Shown here: piece after piece, positions 14,091 to 25,752 of the stretch
Numbering within the stretch: the first letter of the stretch is position 1
How the letters are laid out: each line of letters begins with the position of its first letter
Origin: Paraspadella gotoi
Lineage: Eukaryota > Animalia > Chaetognatha
NCBI GenBank assembly: GCA_051294375.1
Contig: CM119271.1
Coordinates: forward strand, 12,273,235 to 12,337,234
Length of the DNA: 64,000 nucleotides
Direction: 5' to 3'
Notes under the pieces: model-generated
What the model was told of the DNA's origin: nothing
The model's database searches: none
The model's input: only the letters and a program-made list of their open reading frames with translations
Program-made: the position numbers and the translations under genes

Positions 14091-14804
14091 CATCTCCTCT
14101 CTCTCTCTTCACTCTCTCTCTCACATATCACTTCCCTTGATCCAAAAGTGGCGCCATCGATTTTATCTCTCGTTTTCCATCAAAGAAAATGACAATTGAC
14201 TATCTTTTCTCTTTGGTGCTATCATTTTTTTTTTGTTTCCTGTTTTTTTTTTTCTTGTCTATCCTGCTAGTTGCGTTTTTGTTGTGATTGAATTGCTCGA
14301 TTTTCTCAGTTCTTCCAATTCTTTTTTTCTGTACTTTCTATCTTCATCTTTATCTTTCGATCTTTCTTATTTTTTTGAAGGTCTTCAACTTTTTTATTCT
14401 TATTCTCTGGTTTTTTCTTCATATCATCTAATACTTTTCTCTCTGTAGAAATTATCGCCATTTCGCTCTCTCTCTTTTACGGTCAATATATGACCATTAC
14501 CATGACCAGTGGACCACGTCCCTTTTTTACGATTATAAGCGCGTTTTTTTCAGGTTAATTTTTGGTCTGAATTCTGACGAATCGTCATTTCAATCTCCTT
14601 GAGCGAATCTTTTACTAAGCGTCTGCTCTCTGAAACTAATTTTTAACGGGTTTTTGGAATCACAATAAAACTTTTAAAAAGTTTTCAGAAAAACGCTGTC
14701 GTTCTTTTTTTTGGAATGGGAGACGACTAGAACTAGCGACCATCGTAAGGCATGAAGTTACTAAAGAAACTTTTCTCTCTCTCTCTCTCTCTCGTCTTCT
14801 CTCG

Positions 14805-14854
<50 letters not shown>

Positions 14855-17800
14855 TCTCCCACCTGAAAACGCGTTCGAATCTGGCTGCTGCGCCAGAAAT
14901 TCCATTCACGATGGCACCATACAGTTGCGGCCTCCAACTTCTCGTGCAAACGCGTGACTGCGTTTCGAGTCTCTCGTACTGGCGACGCCAAACGAACTGA
15001 ATACTCGTCGGCAGAAAGTTGCCAGTTCTCTGAAGGAGGAAGCAAGACAGAGGAGGAGCGAAGAGAAGGAGGAGAGGAGATAAAAAAATTTTAAATGAAA
15101 CCTAGAGTACCTCATGTGCAAATAAAAAAAGCCCGCGTTCATTTTGATCTGGACTTATAAAATTCACCATTGTTATACTTTAAAAATATTTTTAAAGTAA
15201 ATTAAAGTTTATTGAAGATTGGCAAATAAATTTTAATAAAAAATCAGGCCATTCGTTCGGGAGCAATATGATTTCTTAAAAGCTGTTGTTTTACACTGGA
15301 CATCGAGGAATTGCTGAATTTTGAACCAGATCCCTTAATAATAATAGTTAATTGAATAAAACAATGAATGACAGGGTCAATGATTCTGAACGCTTTTAAG
15401 TAAAATTAAGATTTTTCCTTCCTGTTTTTGAACACTGCATGTTTAAAAAATTTTAATAAAATTATAACACATTGATTTTTTTTCTACCAAAACTTTAATT
15501 TTTCTTATATAATATTCTTAAAAAAAGCGTCTGGCGCGTTTTTTGTTTTGTTATTTTTGGCATAAATGAGTGGTAATATTTTAACAAGATCAACGATTAT
15601 CTCTTTATTTCACCAATGAAATTGTATTCTATGTACGTCGGTAAGTAGTTATTCCCCAGAGTAATTTCACTTTAGAAAAAAACCCTCTCTTTAATTGTAG
15701 GTACGTATGGCTTCATGAGGTCCATTAAGCAATTTCATCGTTATGTGTTAAATTCTCACTATGATATCAACAATCTAAACCCAAATAGGCGCGATATGCC
15801 GTACATTGCCACAAATGCGCAATCTACCTGCATTTCAGGCCCTGATGCTGTCTATCGCGTAATGATTAGAGTCTATGGATATTCCCACCCTCGACGAGCT
15901 GTTCCGCTCGTACTTTCAATTCTCCTTGGCGTCTTTCTTCGCTGCCCGCGCGGATTTCTTCGAAGCAGCGTCTCCACCGCGCAGCACGAGTCGCGACGTC
16001 GGGCTGCGCGGCGGTAGCGCTCCAGATGACGCTGCCATGGCGGAGCGGAGCTAGAAAGTGGGGGGCGGGCTAAAGGAATAGAGAGTTTGTTTTTAATAAT
16101 TAACGGTTTAATAATTAGTTCACTTCATTTTAGGGAAAGCCACCTTTGGAGTAGACCTATTATTACTGTTAATTATCCTGTAAGAAAGATTGAAGGCATT
16201 GAAGCAAGTTTAATTGAAAGAAGAGATTATATGTTATGATTGTTGGTTACATTTCATTACTTTTATAATTTGTTAACTGAAACTACCATGCATCTAATTA
16301 ACCTTCCTTTATTTAAACGCCACTTGATACATTTTCGAAACCAACCCAATTGATTTTCTTCTAAATTTATCTCATCAAAAACCCTCTAAAACTGACCTCT
16401 CTTTAACTGACCTCCTAATCTCCCTTAACTCACCTCTCTTTAAATCTCACCTCTCTAATCACCCCAAAACTCCACCTCTCTTTAACTCACCTCTCTAAAT
16501 ACTCCTTACTCTTAAATACCCTTTAAACCAACACCTTAACTTCTCTTAATCAACTCACCTCTCTAATCACCCTCTAAACACTCACGCTCTCTTTAACTCA
16601 CCTCTCTAATCACCCAAAACTCACCTCTCTTTAACTCAACCTCTTAAACACCCTTAAGCTCACCTCTCTTTAACTCACCTCTCTAATCAACCAAAACCAC
16701 TCTCTTTATCACCCTCTAATCCAAACTCCCTGCTCAACCTCTCTACCTTAGTTCCTTTAACCTCAATCAACCAACTCCTCTACCACTTATCACAACTACC
16801 TCTTACACCCTACTGGAGTCATCTACCACTTCTGAACACCAAAACTACCCGGACTCTGCCCGAATTCCTCTTGCAGGCCACTGACTCTGTCCTTCCACGA
16901 TCCTCAACTTCCTCTGAGAACTCTCCAAGAGTCGTCAACATCTTCTCAAGTTCGTCCACGTGAAGTCTTAAAAAAAAAATATATTAATATACAATTTTAT
17001 ACATATATGGTCAGTTTCCATTCTTTAATTCAGAAATGTATAGGGTCTACCGGCTATTGGGAAATAAACTAAAAATAAAAAATAAAAATAAACTAAGAAT
17101 GGATGTCCATGTCTATTAAAACTGATAACATATTAAAAAACTTTTCGATTTTAGCTTTCGACGATGACCATATTATATAATGTAAATTCATTCCATATAC
17201 ATCTCATGTGGAAGGACCATTTGAGAAAAATGATGAATAAAATACCAAAGGTTGACTGATATTTTTGTACAGCTTCTAACGGAGTATCATGTATTTTAAA
17301 GGAAAACAAAAGCCCTTTAGACGTGCTTGATGTTATCCAGGGTCATTACTGTTCAATTTAAATTTCTATTAAATAATTCTCTTTTCCCACTCGCTTACCT
17401 TTTGTCTGGATTTAATTTCAAAGATTCCCGAGAGAGGGTCAAGCCTGTGATGGATGTCATCAACTGTTTCCCCCTGACGGACGCTTCGTCCATTTCCACT
17501 CTGGAGAATAGAAGGGAGGGGGGAGTGAAGTTGATATATAAAATGAGAAATATTAAAAGTCAATGTTATTCTCTAGGATTAAGTGTCGTACATCTTAAAC
17601 ATTCTCCCAGTCTTGAAACTTGATATTTCTCTCATCCTCTACGTTTTTTTTTATCTCCTTCAGTCTCTGTATCCTTTCACTGTACCGTTATCAAAAGTAT
17701 CTTGATATTTTTTTTCTATCTTTCCCGCTTATTTCTAATAGAGGAACATTTTTATTTTACCCAGAATTCCTGACTACCCTGTATTCCTCCAAACTCCCTG

Positions 17801-18251
17801 TATTTTCCTTAATTTTCCTTACCCATATTCCTGCCAACTCTACCGCTGATTTCCCTGTATTCCACTAAGAAATGCCACAAATACCCTGTTTTCCACCACG
17901 CCTAAACCACAATCACCCTGTATTTAACCTCAATTATATATTTGGAATATATAATTATATTCTAACCCCGCTTTACCTTGGTCTCCCTGTATTCCACCCA
18001 TCCCTACTTGACTAGCATGCATTCCATCAATCCACAATCGATCACCCTGTATTTGCCCTTAAATTCCATCCCCCGCTTTACCTTGATCTCCCTGTATTCT
18101 CCCTTTCGTTTCGTAGCAAATCCTCTGTAGTGGCGACGTCGTTGGGCAGCTCGACTTCCGGTAAACGAGTCGAGAATTTTTTCGCTCGAAATCGAACTTC
18201 GTTGACTTTAGAACCGAAGTTTTTCCACCGCCTTTATTTGAGGGAGGAAAG

Positions 18252-18345
<94 letters not shown>

Positions 18346-19645
18346 GAGAGAGGGAGAAGCGGGGGAGGAAAAATGATATGATTAAGTGTCTTCGTTTACG
18401 TAATAATTTTGACATTTATTTTTCGTTAAGTAATATCTTTTTACGGTTTCTCTCTTTAATGGTTTTTTTTAGCCTCTCTTTCTCTCTCTTTCTCTCTTCG
18501 GAACAAGGACCTCAATTATAAAAACGCAGAATACACGAAAAAAAAAATATAAAAATATAAAATTAAACTAAAATCTATTTTTGACTTTCAATCCAAGAGG
18601 TTTTCCGCGAATCCCAATTCGCAAATCACATAACGCTTTTAAAAAGTTAAAAAATCCGACATCAGTTGAAGAAAATTGAGAAAAATCTTATAAAACTTAG
18701 AAATTCTGGTTCGGACAAGTTGGAAGGAAATCATTTTGTGAGACAAGGAATCAATTCCGACGCAATTTGCATGCGATTCTTGTGCTCGCCATTTATTTTG
18801 TTTAGTTGCGGTCGCTTTTACTAGTCGCTTTTTTTGGTCGGTCTGTCTTTGTGATTAATTTGTCTAATCGTTTTTATTTTAAATCCGGTCTAATAATTAT
18901 TACCGGCGATAAATACTATTATTCAAGCTTTAATGTTTTAAACTTATAAATACTGTTTCTTTTATTTTTTTATTTTTTGGCGTTTTTAATATTATTTTTT
19001 ATAATTTTTTTATATTTATACATGTTTATCGTTATATACTCTTAATAACAGATTCTTTTTTGGCATATGTGATATTTTATTTTAAATCATTGTTATGTAC
19101 TTATTATGTATATATAATAAACAAAAAAATTCGGCGCAACCTAACATTCCTTGTTTTGTTATTTCTGCAAAGAAAATCTGATTTCCAACCAAAAAAAATC
19201 ATTAAACTCTTATTCTTTGATCTTTCGGTTGGGTTTTTAATTATTTTTTGTTGCCGTTTTAATTAATTTTTACTCTCAAAAATAAAATCTATCGTAAGTT
19301 TCTCACTTCAAGTCGGTAACGAAACGATTTGACCAAGAAAACTATGATTAGATCCTTTTCTATTCTATTTTACTCTCCTGATCTGTTGTCTTCAGACCTT
19401 CCCGTAATATTTTTCTTCATTTCGCTATTTTCCTAAATTCCTATTTCCTATTTTCCTAAATTCATATTTCCTATTCCATCTTCTCCAATTCAATCCTTAA
19501 CTTTTTCTTCTTCCGTAAGTTTCACTCTCCTAATTCCAAAATGGGAATCGAAGGAAAAAATAAAAAAATAAAAATATTCCGTTGTCCCGAGAAGATGGAA
19601 TCAAAAAGGACTTTTGGAGAGAGAGAGAGAGAGAGAGAGACGAGA

Positions 19646-19704
<59 letters not shown>

Positions 19705-20597
19705 AGAGAGGAGAGAGTGAGAGTGTGTGACGACGTTTGGCGACGCCTCGATTTCCAAAATTTTCAAATTCTAAAGGTAAACAAACGAAAAGTAAAACTA
19801 AACAATATGATATTCTTGTAACCCCCGCCCCCTAAGATAAAAACGTCATTAGCTTTTTAGGTAATTTGTTATAAGTTGCCGGTTATTGTCGTTCGTATAA
19901 TAACGATTGGATGTTAAGTCTATATAATATCTAACTTCGTTCGTCGACTCGAAGAAAAAAAAACTTTTAAAAAAAAATCCCGGAAAAATTTGCGCTTAAA
20001 AATGGGTTTGGCGCGAAGCGATCTCCCTAACGTTTTTTTCCGTAAAAACAATAAAAAATGGGTTTTAAAAAAGTTTTATGTCCCCTGTTTGTTGTTGTTT
20101 GCTCTGGGCGGCGGCGTCGGCGGCGACGGCGGCGGCGACGGCGGGGGAGGCGGCGGCGGGGGCGGCGCGAATGGTAGGAACGCCCTCTGTTTCCTACCGC
20201 GATTATCACGTTTTCCAAATTCGCGCCAAATCGGCTGAGGATCTCCAGAAAATAAAGGTTCACTGTTTTTTTTGTTTTCTATTTGTTTCGACGGCGGAGA
20301 ATCATTAGATTTCACTCGTTTTGTTTATTTGAAAAAAAAAATGATTTAGTTTTGAAATTTTCTAAGTTTTTTTTTTAAGTTTGTTTTTTTGCCTTTGAGG
20401 CTGATTTGAAAAGTGAAAGACAACGGACACGACGTAACAACACGACGACAACCAACAACAACGACGACGACGTGTTTTCTTTATCTCTTCGTCTTTTTCT
20501 CTCTACTCTCTCTCTCTCTTTCTCTTTCTCTTCTGTTTTCTCTCTCTCCTTTCTTCCTTTCTCCTCTCTCTCCTTTCTTACCTCTCTTCTCTTTTAT

Positions 20598-20656
<59 letters not shown>

Positions 20657-23600
20657 ATCTCTCTCTCTCTCTCTCCATCCCCAATCCTCCAGGAATTACG
20701 CGATGCCTTCCCGACGGACCACCTCTGGGCGGCGCCGTCTCGAGACCAAGGACGGCTCTCCGTAGTGAGCGCCGTCTACGACAAGGAGCCGCGTGAGAGG
20801 CCGCGCCTTTTTGCGGCGCCAACTATTGGAGCACAAGATCGTGACGAAAGATCTTCAAGGAAGTTCGACGAGGCGGACGCGGTTGAGGAAGTGAGGCTGA
20901 GGTTAGAGTTAGGGTAAGACACAATGAAAAATAACGTGGCGATACGGTCTCGTGCTGATTTTATCCCTTTAAAATTTGTTTCTGAGCCAAATTAATTGAT
21001 CATTACTTTTGTAATATGTGCGATATACACTACTGGACATTACTGTATCACCATTAACCTTGACCATTCAAACAAAAAAGTAACTAGATCAAAAATAGTA
21101 AAAAAGATGAAGCAATATAGCTCGAAAGCGCTTACAAAATTTTAGACCATTGCTTTTATAAATTGCAAAAAATATAATATTATTAAAACAAAACTTTAAG
21201 TAACTTAAATAGTTAACCGGACCAAGATGATATTTTTTACCCATATTTCCTCAATTATATGAATCATTTGTTTGTAAATAGTTTTAATAATCTAAAATAA
21301 CAATCTGACAAATTTCATTTTCATTTTCCTTTATGAATGGGAAGTTTTTCTCTGCTTACTCCCTTGAGTCTAATTATTTAATATTTTTAAAGGTATTTTC
21401 AAAAACCTTATATAATTACTATTATTTTTCACTTTTTTTCAATTCTTTTAAACAAAAACAACATCATAAAAACATTTTAAATTAATTTAAAAAAAAAATT
21501 GACTTGAATGATTTTGGAAAAATATTTTAAAACTTGAAGAATAATTGGGATTATGAGTCAGGAAAAAATTTTGCAATTCTAAAAAAATCAGCCTCTAGCC
21601 CTTTCGATTTTCTAGAGGCTGATTTTTTATTTTTTTTAATTTGATTTCTATGCAAAACCATTATTCTCAATGAGCCATAGGTCGGACAAAATTTTTTTCC
21701 AACAAATTTTGAAAAAATTTCAACTTTTCTAATTAGGCTTTTTTGGGGAAATAAATAAATAAATTATTATACCAATGGGTACACTGAAGTGATATGTCTC
21801 TAAATGACAAAAAAATTTTCTTCAAGTTTTATTTTGAAATTTAAGTATTGTACCAATAGAAATAAGTGAGATACTCCCGCTTTTGCGAAATTTTTTATTT
21901 AACAAAGATTTGTACTGCGTAATTTAAAAAAAATTATTTTTTAAATAAACTTTTTGAAAGAAAAGAGGTAGCAAGGTGGATGTGGTATCAAAATTAAAGC
22001 CCTAATCATGGACACCTTCTAAAAGAGTTTTATTATATTTTTAAATCTATAAATCTTACAACAGCTTTTGTTTAAATCAGAGTTAAAAGTATAACAGTTT
22101 TTTGCTTTAAAAATTTCAATTGAAGCATATGAAATTTTTCTTTTTCTTGAAAAGGAAAGATCCTGAATTATATTTTTTTATTATTAAATTTATTTTATTC
22201 CATAAAAATTGCTTATATGTTTTCAGTTAAAGTAAAAAACAAGCAAAAAAATTTATGTTGTAGCTTGATAAAATATATTTTTTAATATTAAAAAATGATA
22301 AATACAAAAAATGTTTTCAGCTTGATATAACAGTCTGGACATCTACCTTCTTGTCTGTGAAAAAAAAAATCTCATTTTATTATCTTTAGCTGCAAACTAA
22401 AAGCTTGACAAACTGTTGTTTATCATAATAAAGGTGTAAAATTATTATAGCTGGAACATATTTGACAAAGCAAAACATCATTGTGTTAAATTGTATTATA
22501 ATTTTTTTAAATATAGCAAGGAATTTAATATTATTTATTATCATTCCCACAACATTTTTAATTAAGAAAAAATATTCCGTTAATAGCCCAATTGGAAAGG
22601 GTTCATTGACTGACTTAATGATAAAATTTTTTAGATTTCTTATACTGCCCCCATTTTCACAAGTATAAAAGTCATTGGTTATCATGTCAAGAAGGACCAG
22701 ATTATCTGTACCCTTTCTGCAAACCTGCATTTCAAATTTTCTTTTTCCCTTTCAAATGTATTAAAAAAAAAATTATTGAGAGAACAATCGGCGTGGGGAT
22801 GCATGGTAAGCCTTTAGTTACCCCACTTCCCGATCGAATTTTTTAAAATGAGGTTTTTTTTCCATCTATTTGAGACATACACTAACTATTAGTACTATTA
22901 TTTTTTTTTATTTTTATTACAATTCTATGAATAAAATATGAATAAGTAACTTTTTAAAAAAAATTATCATCTTCACCTATATTCAGTCATATCTAAAACA
23001 AAAAAAGATTTGCATTGATATTTTGGATATCAACATATTGAAACTATAACATTTCAAAAAATAAAAAAATATCAATAATATTTGAACAGTGAATTTTTTT
23101 TATGCACGGAACAGTAACGTTACGCTATTTTTCATTGTGTCGTTAAGTGAGTCAGTTAATGTGTTAGAAAATTGTCACTATTGAGTCGTGGACTCGGATG
23201 AACGTGAAGCGAACGAATTAGGGGGTGAGGGAGAGTCGATAGAGCTGTAGGTAGAGGCGCAGGGTAAGGTTCTAAAATGGGTAAGTTTAAACCTTCCCGT
23301 TTTTTTTTTCTCTCGCCGCGTCGTCAGAGCCGCCGCCGACGCGGCGTCGCCGCTCCGACGCCCTGCTGGCAACGAGACGATGATTGAAAGATTTTCGTCG
23401 CTACGACGAGATCGTCGCTTGGATGAAGGGTGGAGCGGGAGATTGGGGTCAGATAGGTTGGATCGGAGGGAAAGGTGGTTTTAAAAGAAAGGGATGTCGT
23501 GAAAAGGTCGGAAAGTTTAGGGTAGAAAGGGCGGTAGAGAGTGGTTTAAGTGGGCAGGTGGGGCGGATTTAGGTGGTTTGGGAGAATTTTATTGAAAGAG

Positions 23601-24668
23601 TGAGAGAAGTAGAAGAGGAAAAGAAAGATTTTTCTACTCTTCGTTATTTAAGTCATCATGCGCGGCTCCTTTTTCCGAGAGTGGCCCCAATTTCCTACAA
23701 TATGAGCTTCTTTTCGAGAGTGGCCAATTTCCTACAATATTGAACTCCTCCAAGAGTGGCCCATTTCTACAATATTGAGTTCTCTTTTCCGAGAGTGGGC
23801 CCATTTTCCTATAAATATTGATGCTCTTCTTTTCTCGTCAATATTGTAGGAAATTGGCCACTCTCGGAAAAGAGAGCCGGCATGATGACTTAAATAACGA
23901 AGAGTAAAAATCTTTCTTTCCTCTTTCTACTTCTCTCACTCTTTTCAATAAACATTCTCCCAAACCACCTAATCCGCCCCACCTGCCCACTTAAACCACT
24001 CTCTACCCCCTTTCTACCCTAACTTTCCGACCCTTTTCACCACCATCCCTTTCTTTTAAAAACCACCTTTCCCTCCGACCACCTATCTGACCCCCATCTC
24101 CCGCTCCACCTTCATCCAAGCGACGATCTCGTCGTAGCGACGAAAATCTTTCATCATCGTCTCGTTGCAGCAGGGGCAGTCGGAGCGGCGACGCCGCGTC
24201 GGCGGCGGCTCCTGACGACGCGGCGAGAGAAAAAAAAACGGGAAGGTTTAAACTTACCCATTTTTAGAACCTTACCCTGCGCCTCTACCTACAGCTCTAT
24301 CGACTTCCCTCACCCTAATTCGTTCGCTTCACGTTCATCCGATGACCAAGACCCCAATAGTGACAATTTTTTTAACACATTACTCACTTACCCTAACTCT
24401 AACCTCAGCCTCACTTCCTCACCGCGTCCGCCTCGTCGAACTTCCCTTGAAGATCTTTCGTCACGATCTTGTGCTCCAATAGTTGGCGCCGCAAAAAGGC
24501 GCCGGCCTTCTCAGCGGCGTCCTTGTCGTAGACGGCGCTCACTACGGAGGAGCCGTCCTTGTCTCGAGACGGCGCCGCCCAGAGGTGGTCCGTCGGGAAG
24601 GCCAATGCGCGTAATTCCTAGTGAGGATTGGGGGATGGAGAGGAGAGAAGAGAGAGAGAGGAGAGAGA

Positions 24669-24737
<69 letters not shown>

Positions 24738-25263
24738 TAAAAGAGAAGAGAGGTAAGAGAGAGAGAGGAGAAGGAGAGAGAGAAAACAGAAGAGAAAGAA
24801 AGAGAGAGAGAGAGTAGAGAGAAAAAGACGAAGAGATAAAGAAAACACGTCGTCGTCGTTGTTGTTGTTGTCGTCGTCGTTGTTGTCGTCGTCGTTGTCG
24901 GTTTCACTTTTTCAAATCAGCTCAAAGGCAAAAAACAAACTTAAAAAAAAAAAACTTAGAAAATTTCAAAACTAAATCATTTTTTTTTTCAAATAAACAA
25001 AACGAGTGAAATCTAATTTCTCCGCCGTCGAAACAAATAGAAAACAAAAAAAACAGTGAGACCTTTATTTTCTGGAGATCCTCAGCCGATTTGGCGCGAA
25101 TTTGGAAAACGTGATAATCGCGGTAGGAAACAGAGGGCGTTCCTCCATTCGCGCCGCCCCCGCCGCCGCCTCCCCCGCCGTCGCCGCCGCCGTCGCCGCC
25201 GACGCCGCCGCCCAGAGCAAACAACAAACCAAACAGGGGACATAAAACTTTTTTAAAACCCAT
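2752..25263 (-). CDS. Zinc carboxypeptidase, M14A (CPA/CPB-type) preproprotein, multi-exon gene
   Basis: Manually spliced GT-AG exons with consistent phases: 25263-25063, 24617-24423, 24211-24110, 9633-9380, [exon with NPDGY/RKxR not found], 6893-6786, 5970-5797, 4717-4632, 3775-3738, 3595-3548, 3283-3228, 3076-3022, 2930-2752. Motifs HAREW (His69/Glu72), DLNRNW (Asn144/Arg145), LHSYGQ (His196), Y..SG..MDW (Tyr248), YTLELR (Glu270). Span is inflated by ~13.8 kb of probable gap-fill sequence (10047-23836). Confidence 0.92.
3022..3076 (-). CDS. Carboxypeptidase exon (terminal helix VMAGIKTVADIV)
   Basis: 55 nt, AG/GT bounded, in frame. Confidence 0.8.
3125..3200 (-). mobile_element. tRNA-like SINE head fragment
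   Basis: Reverse complement GTGGCTCATTTAGTAAAACC...CTCATGA...GGTTCAATCC; similar to 48480-48545. Confidence 0.5.
3228..3283 (-). CDS. Carboxypeptidase exon (GFVPKKSQILPSGEE)
   Basis: Matches the GF.LP..QI.P...E end of M14A domains; GTGAGT donor. Confidence 0.85.
3548..3595 (-). CDS. Carboxypeptidase exon with catalytic Glu (YTLELR)
   Basis: GIQYSYTLELRPQDDP; 48 nt. Confidence 0.88.
3738..3775 (-). CDS. Carboxypeptidase small exon (SGSGMDWAK)
   Basis: 38 nt, phases match both neighbouring exons. Confidence 0.85.
4632..4717 (-). CDS. Carboxypeptidase exon (to Tyr248 equivalent)
   Basis: CAG|KVAMAGVGAIQDVHHTTWRAGISPEILY A|GTGAGT. Confidence 0.85.
5797..5970 (-). CDS. Carboxypeptidase exon with LHSYGQ motif
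   Basis: IYDGPFAFSEAESRG...FFSLHSYGQLWLVPFSY...DYDDLM; 174 nt. Confidence 0.92.
6085..6310 (-). mobile_element. tRNA-derived SINE-like element (second family)
   Basis: Reverse complement has a B-box GGGTTCAAACCCC after an A-box-like segment, then a GC-rich body, inside an intron. Confidence 0.45.
6786..6893 (-). CDS. Carboxypeptidase exon with GVDLNRNW motif
   Basis: EADCKEKACVGVDLNRNWDSEWSKHVDGSRDPCDYQ; 108 nt, AG/GT bounded. Confidence 0.92.
7287..9307. repeat. Fold-back structure: ~400-bp inverted arms (7287-7726 / 8941-9307) around a 1.2-kb polypurine minisatellite
   Basis: Arms are reverse complements; core is a ~60-bp GGGGATGTGAGAGAGTGGAGAGGAGAG... unit. Confidence 0.85.
9380..9633 (-). 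CDS. Carboxypeptidase exon with Zn-binding HAREW motif
   Basis: FLVKCVKG...GDTYEKRELRGIEIG...KPAIWLHANEHAREWISGATAVYIIDRL...ALHW; AG/GT bounded. Confidence 0.92.
14863..18232 (-). pseudogene. Mirror copy of five RhoGEF exons (indel-degraded, probably artefactual)
   Basis: Reverse-complement matches to 27120-30283 with frameshifts. Confidence 0.6.
20058..23428 (+). pseudogene. Mirror copy of carboxypeptidase exons 1-3 (indel-degraded, probably artefactual), intron 2 carrying a transposon
   Basis: Matches 25263-24110 in reverse complement. Confidence 0.6.
20918..23141. mobile_element. Non-autonomous DNA transposon (~2.2 kb) with ~38-bp TIRs
   Basis: Left TIR GACACAATGAAAAATAACGTGGCGATACGGTCTCGTGC; right TIR (reverse complement) GACACAATGAAAAATAGCGTAACGTTACTGTTCCGTGC; flanks (G)TAA ... 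GTTAA; empty site seen at ~24385-24392. Confidence 0.88.
24110..24211 (-). CDS. Carboxypeptidase exon 3 (RRRR processing site, start of catalytic domain)
   Basis: CAG|EPPPTRRRRSDCPCCNETMMKDFRRYDEIVAWMK|GT; matches the Y.EI..W start of M14A catalytic domains. Confidence 0.82.
24423..24617 (-). CDS. Carboxypeptidase exon 2 (activation prodomain)
   Basis: AG|ELRALAFPTDHLWAAPSR...HKIVTKDLQGKFDEADA|GTGAGG; 195 nt. Confidence 0.8.
25063..25263 (-). CDS. Carboxypeptidase exon 1 (signal peptide, Gly-rich linker, start of prodomain)
   Basis: MGFKKVLCPLFGLLFALGGGVGG...SYRDYHVFQIRAKSAEDLQKIK then GT; 201 nt, phase 0. Confidence 0.8.
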
Positions 25264-25612
25264 TTTTTTATGTTTTTACGGAAAAAAACGTTAGGGAGAT
25301 CGCTTCGCGCCAAACCCCATTTTTAAGCGCGAATTTTTCCGGGATTTTTTTTTAAAAAGTTTTTTTTTTCTTCGAGTCGACGAACGAAGTTAGATATTAT
25401 ATAGACTTAACATCCCAATCGTATTATACGAACGACAAATAACCGGCAACTTATAACAAATTACCTAAAAAGCTAATGACGTTTTTATATCTAGGGGGCG
25501 GGGGTTACAAGAATATTCATATTGTTTTAGTTTTTACTTTTCGTTTGTTTACCTTTTAGAATTTGAAATTTTGGAAATCGAGGCGTCGCCAAACGTCGTC
25601 ACACACTCTCAC

Positions 25613-25752
<140 letters not shown>

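Noticed and set aside
22386-22730. Transposase ORF inside the TIR element
   Set aside because: Short and AT-biased, with no recognisable DDE or DNA-binding motif.
12948-23836. Genuine paralogues of the carboxypeptidase and RhoGEF
   Set aside because: Partial, indel-dominated mirror copies; flanking repeat continuity points to a gap-fill artefact.
23815-23840. Sequencing hairpin adapter remnant at the palindrome centre
   Set aside because: The CT-rich bases are equally explained by the local tandem-repeat unit; not diagnostic.
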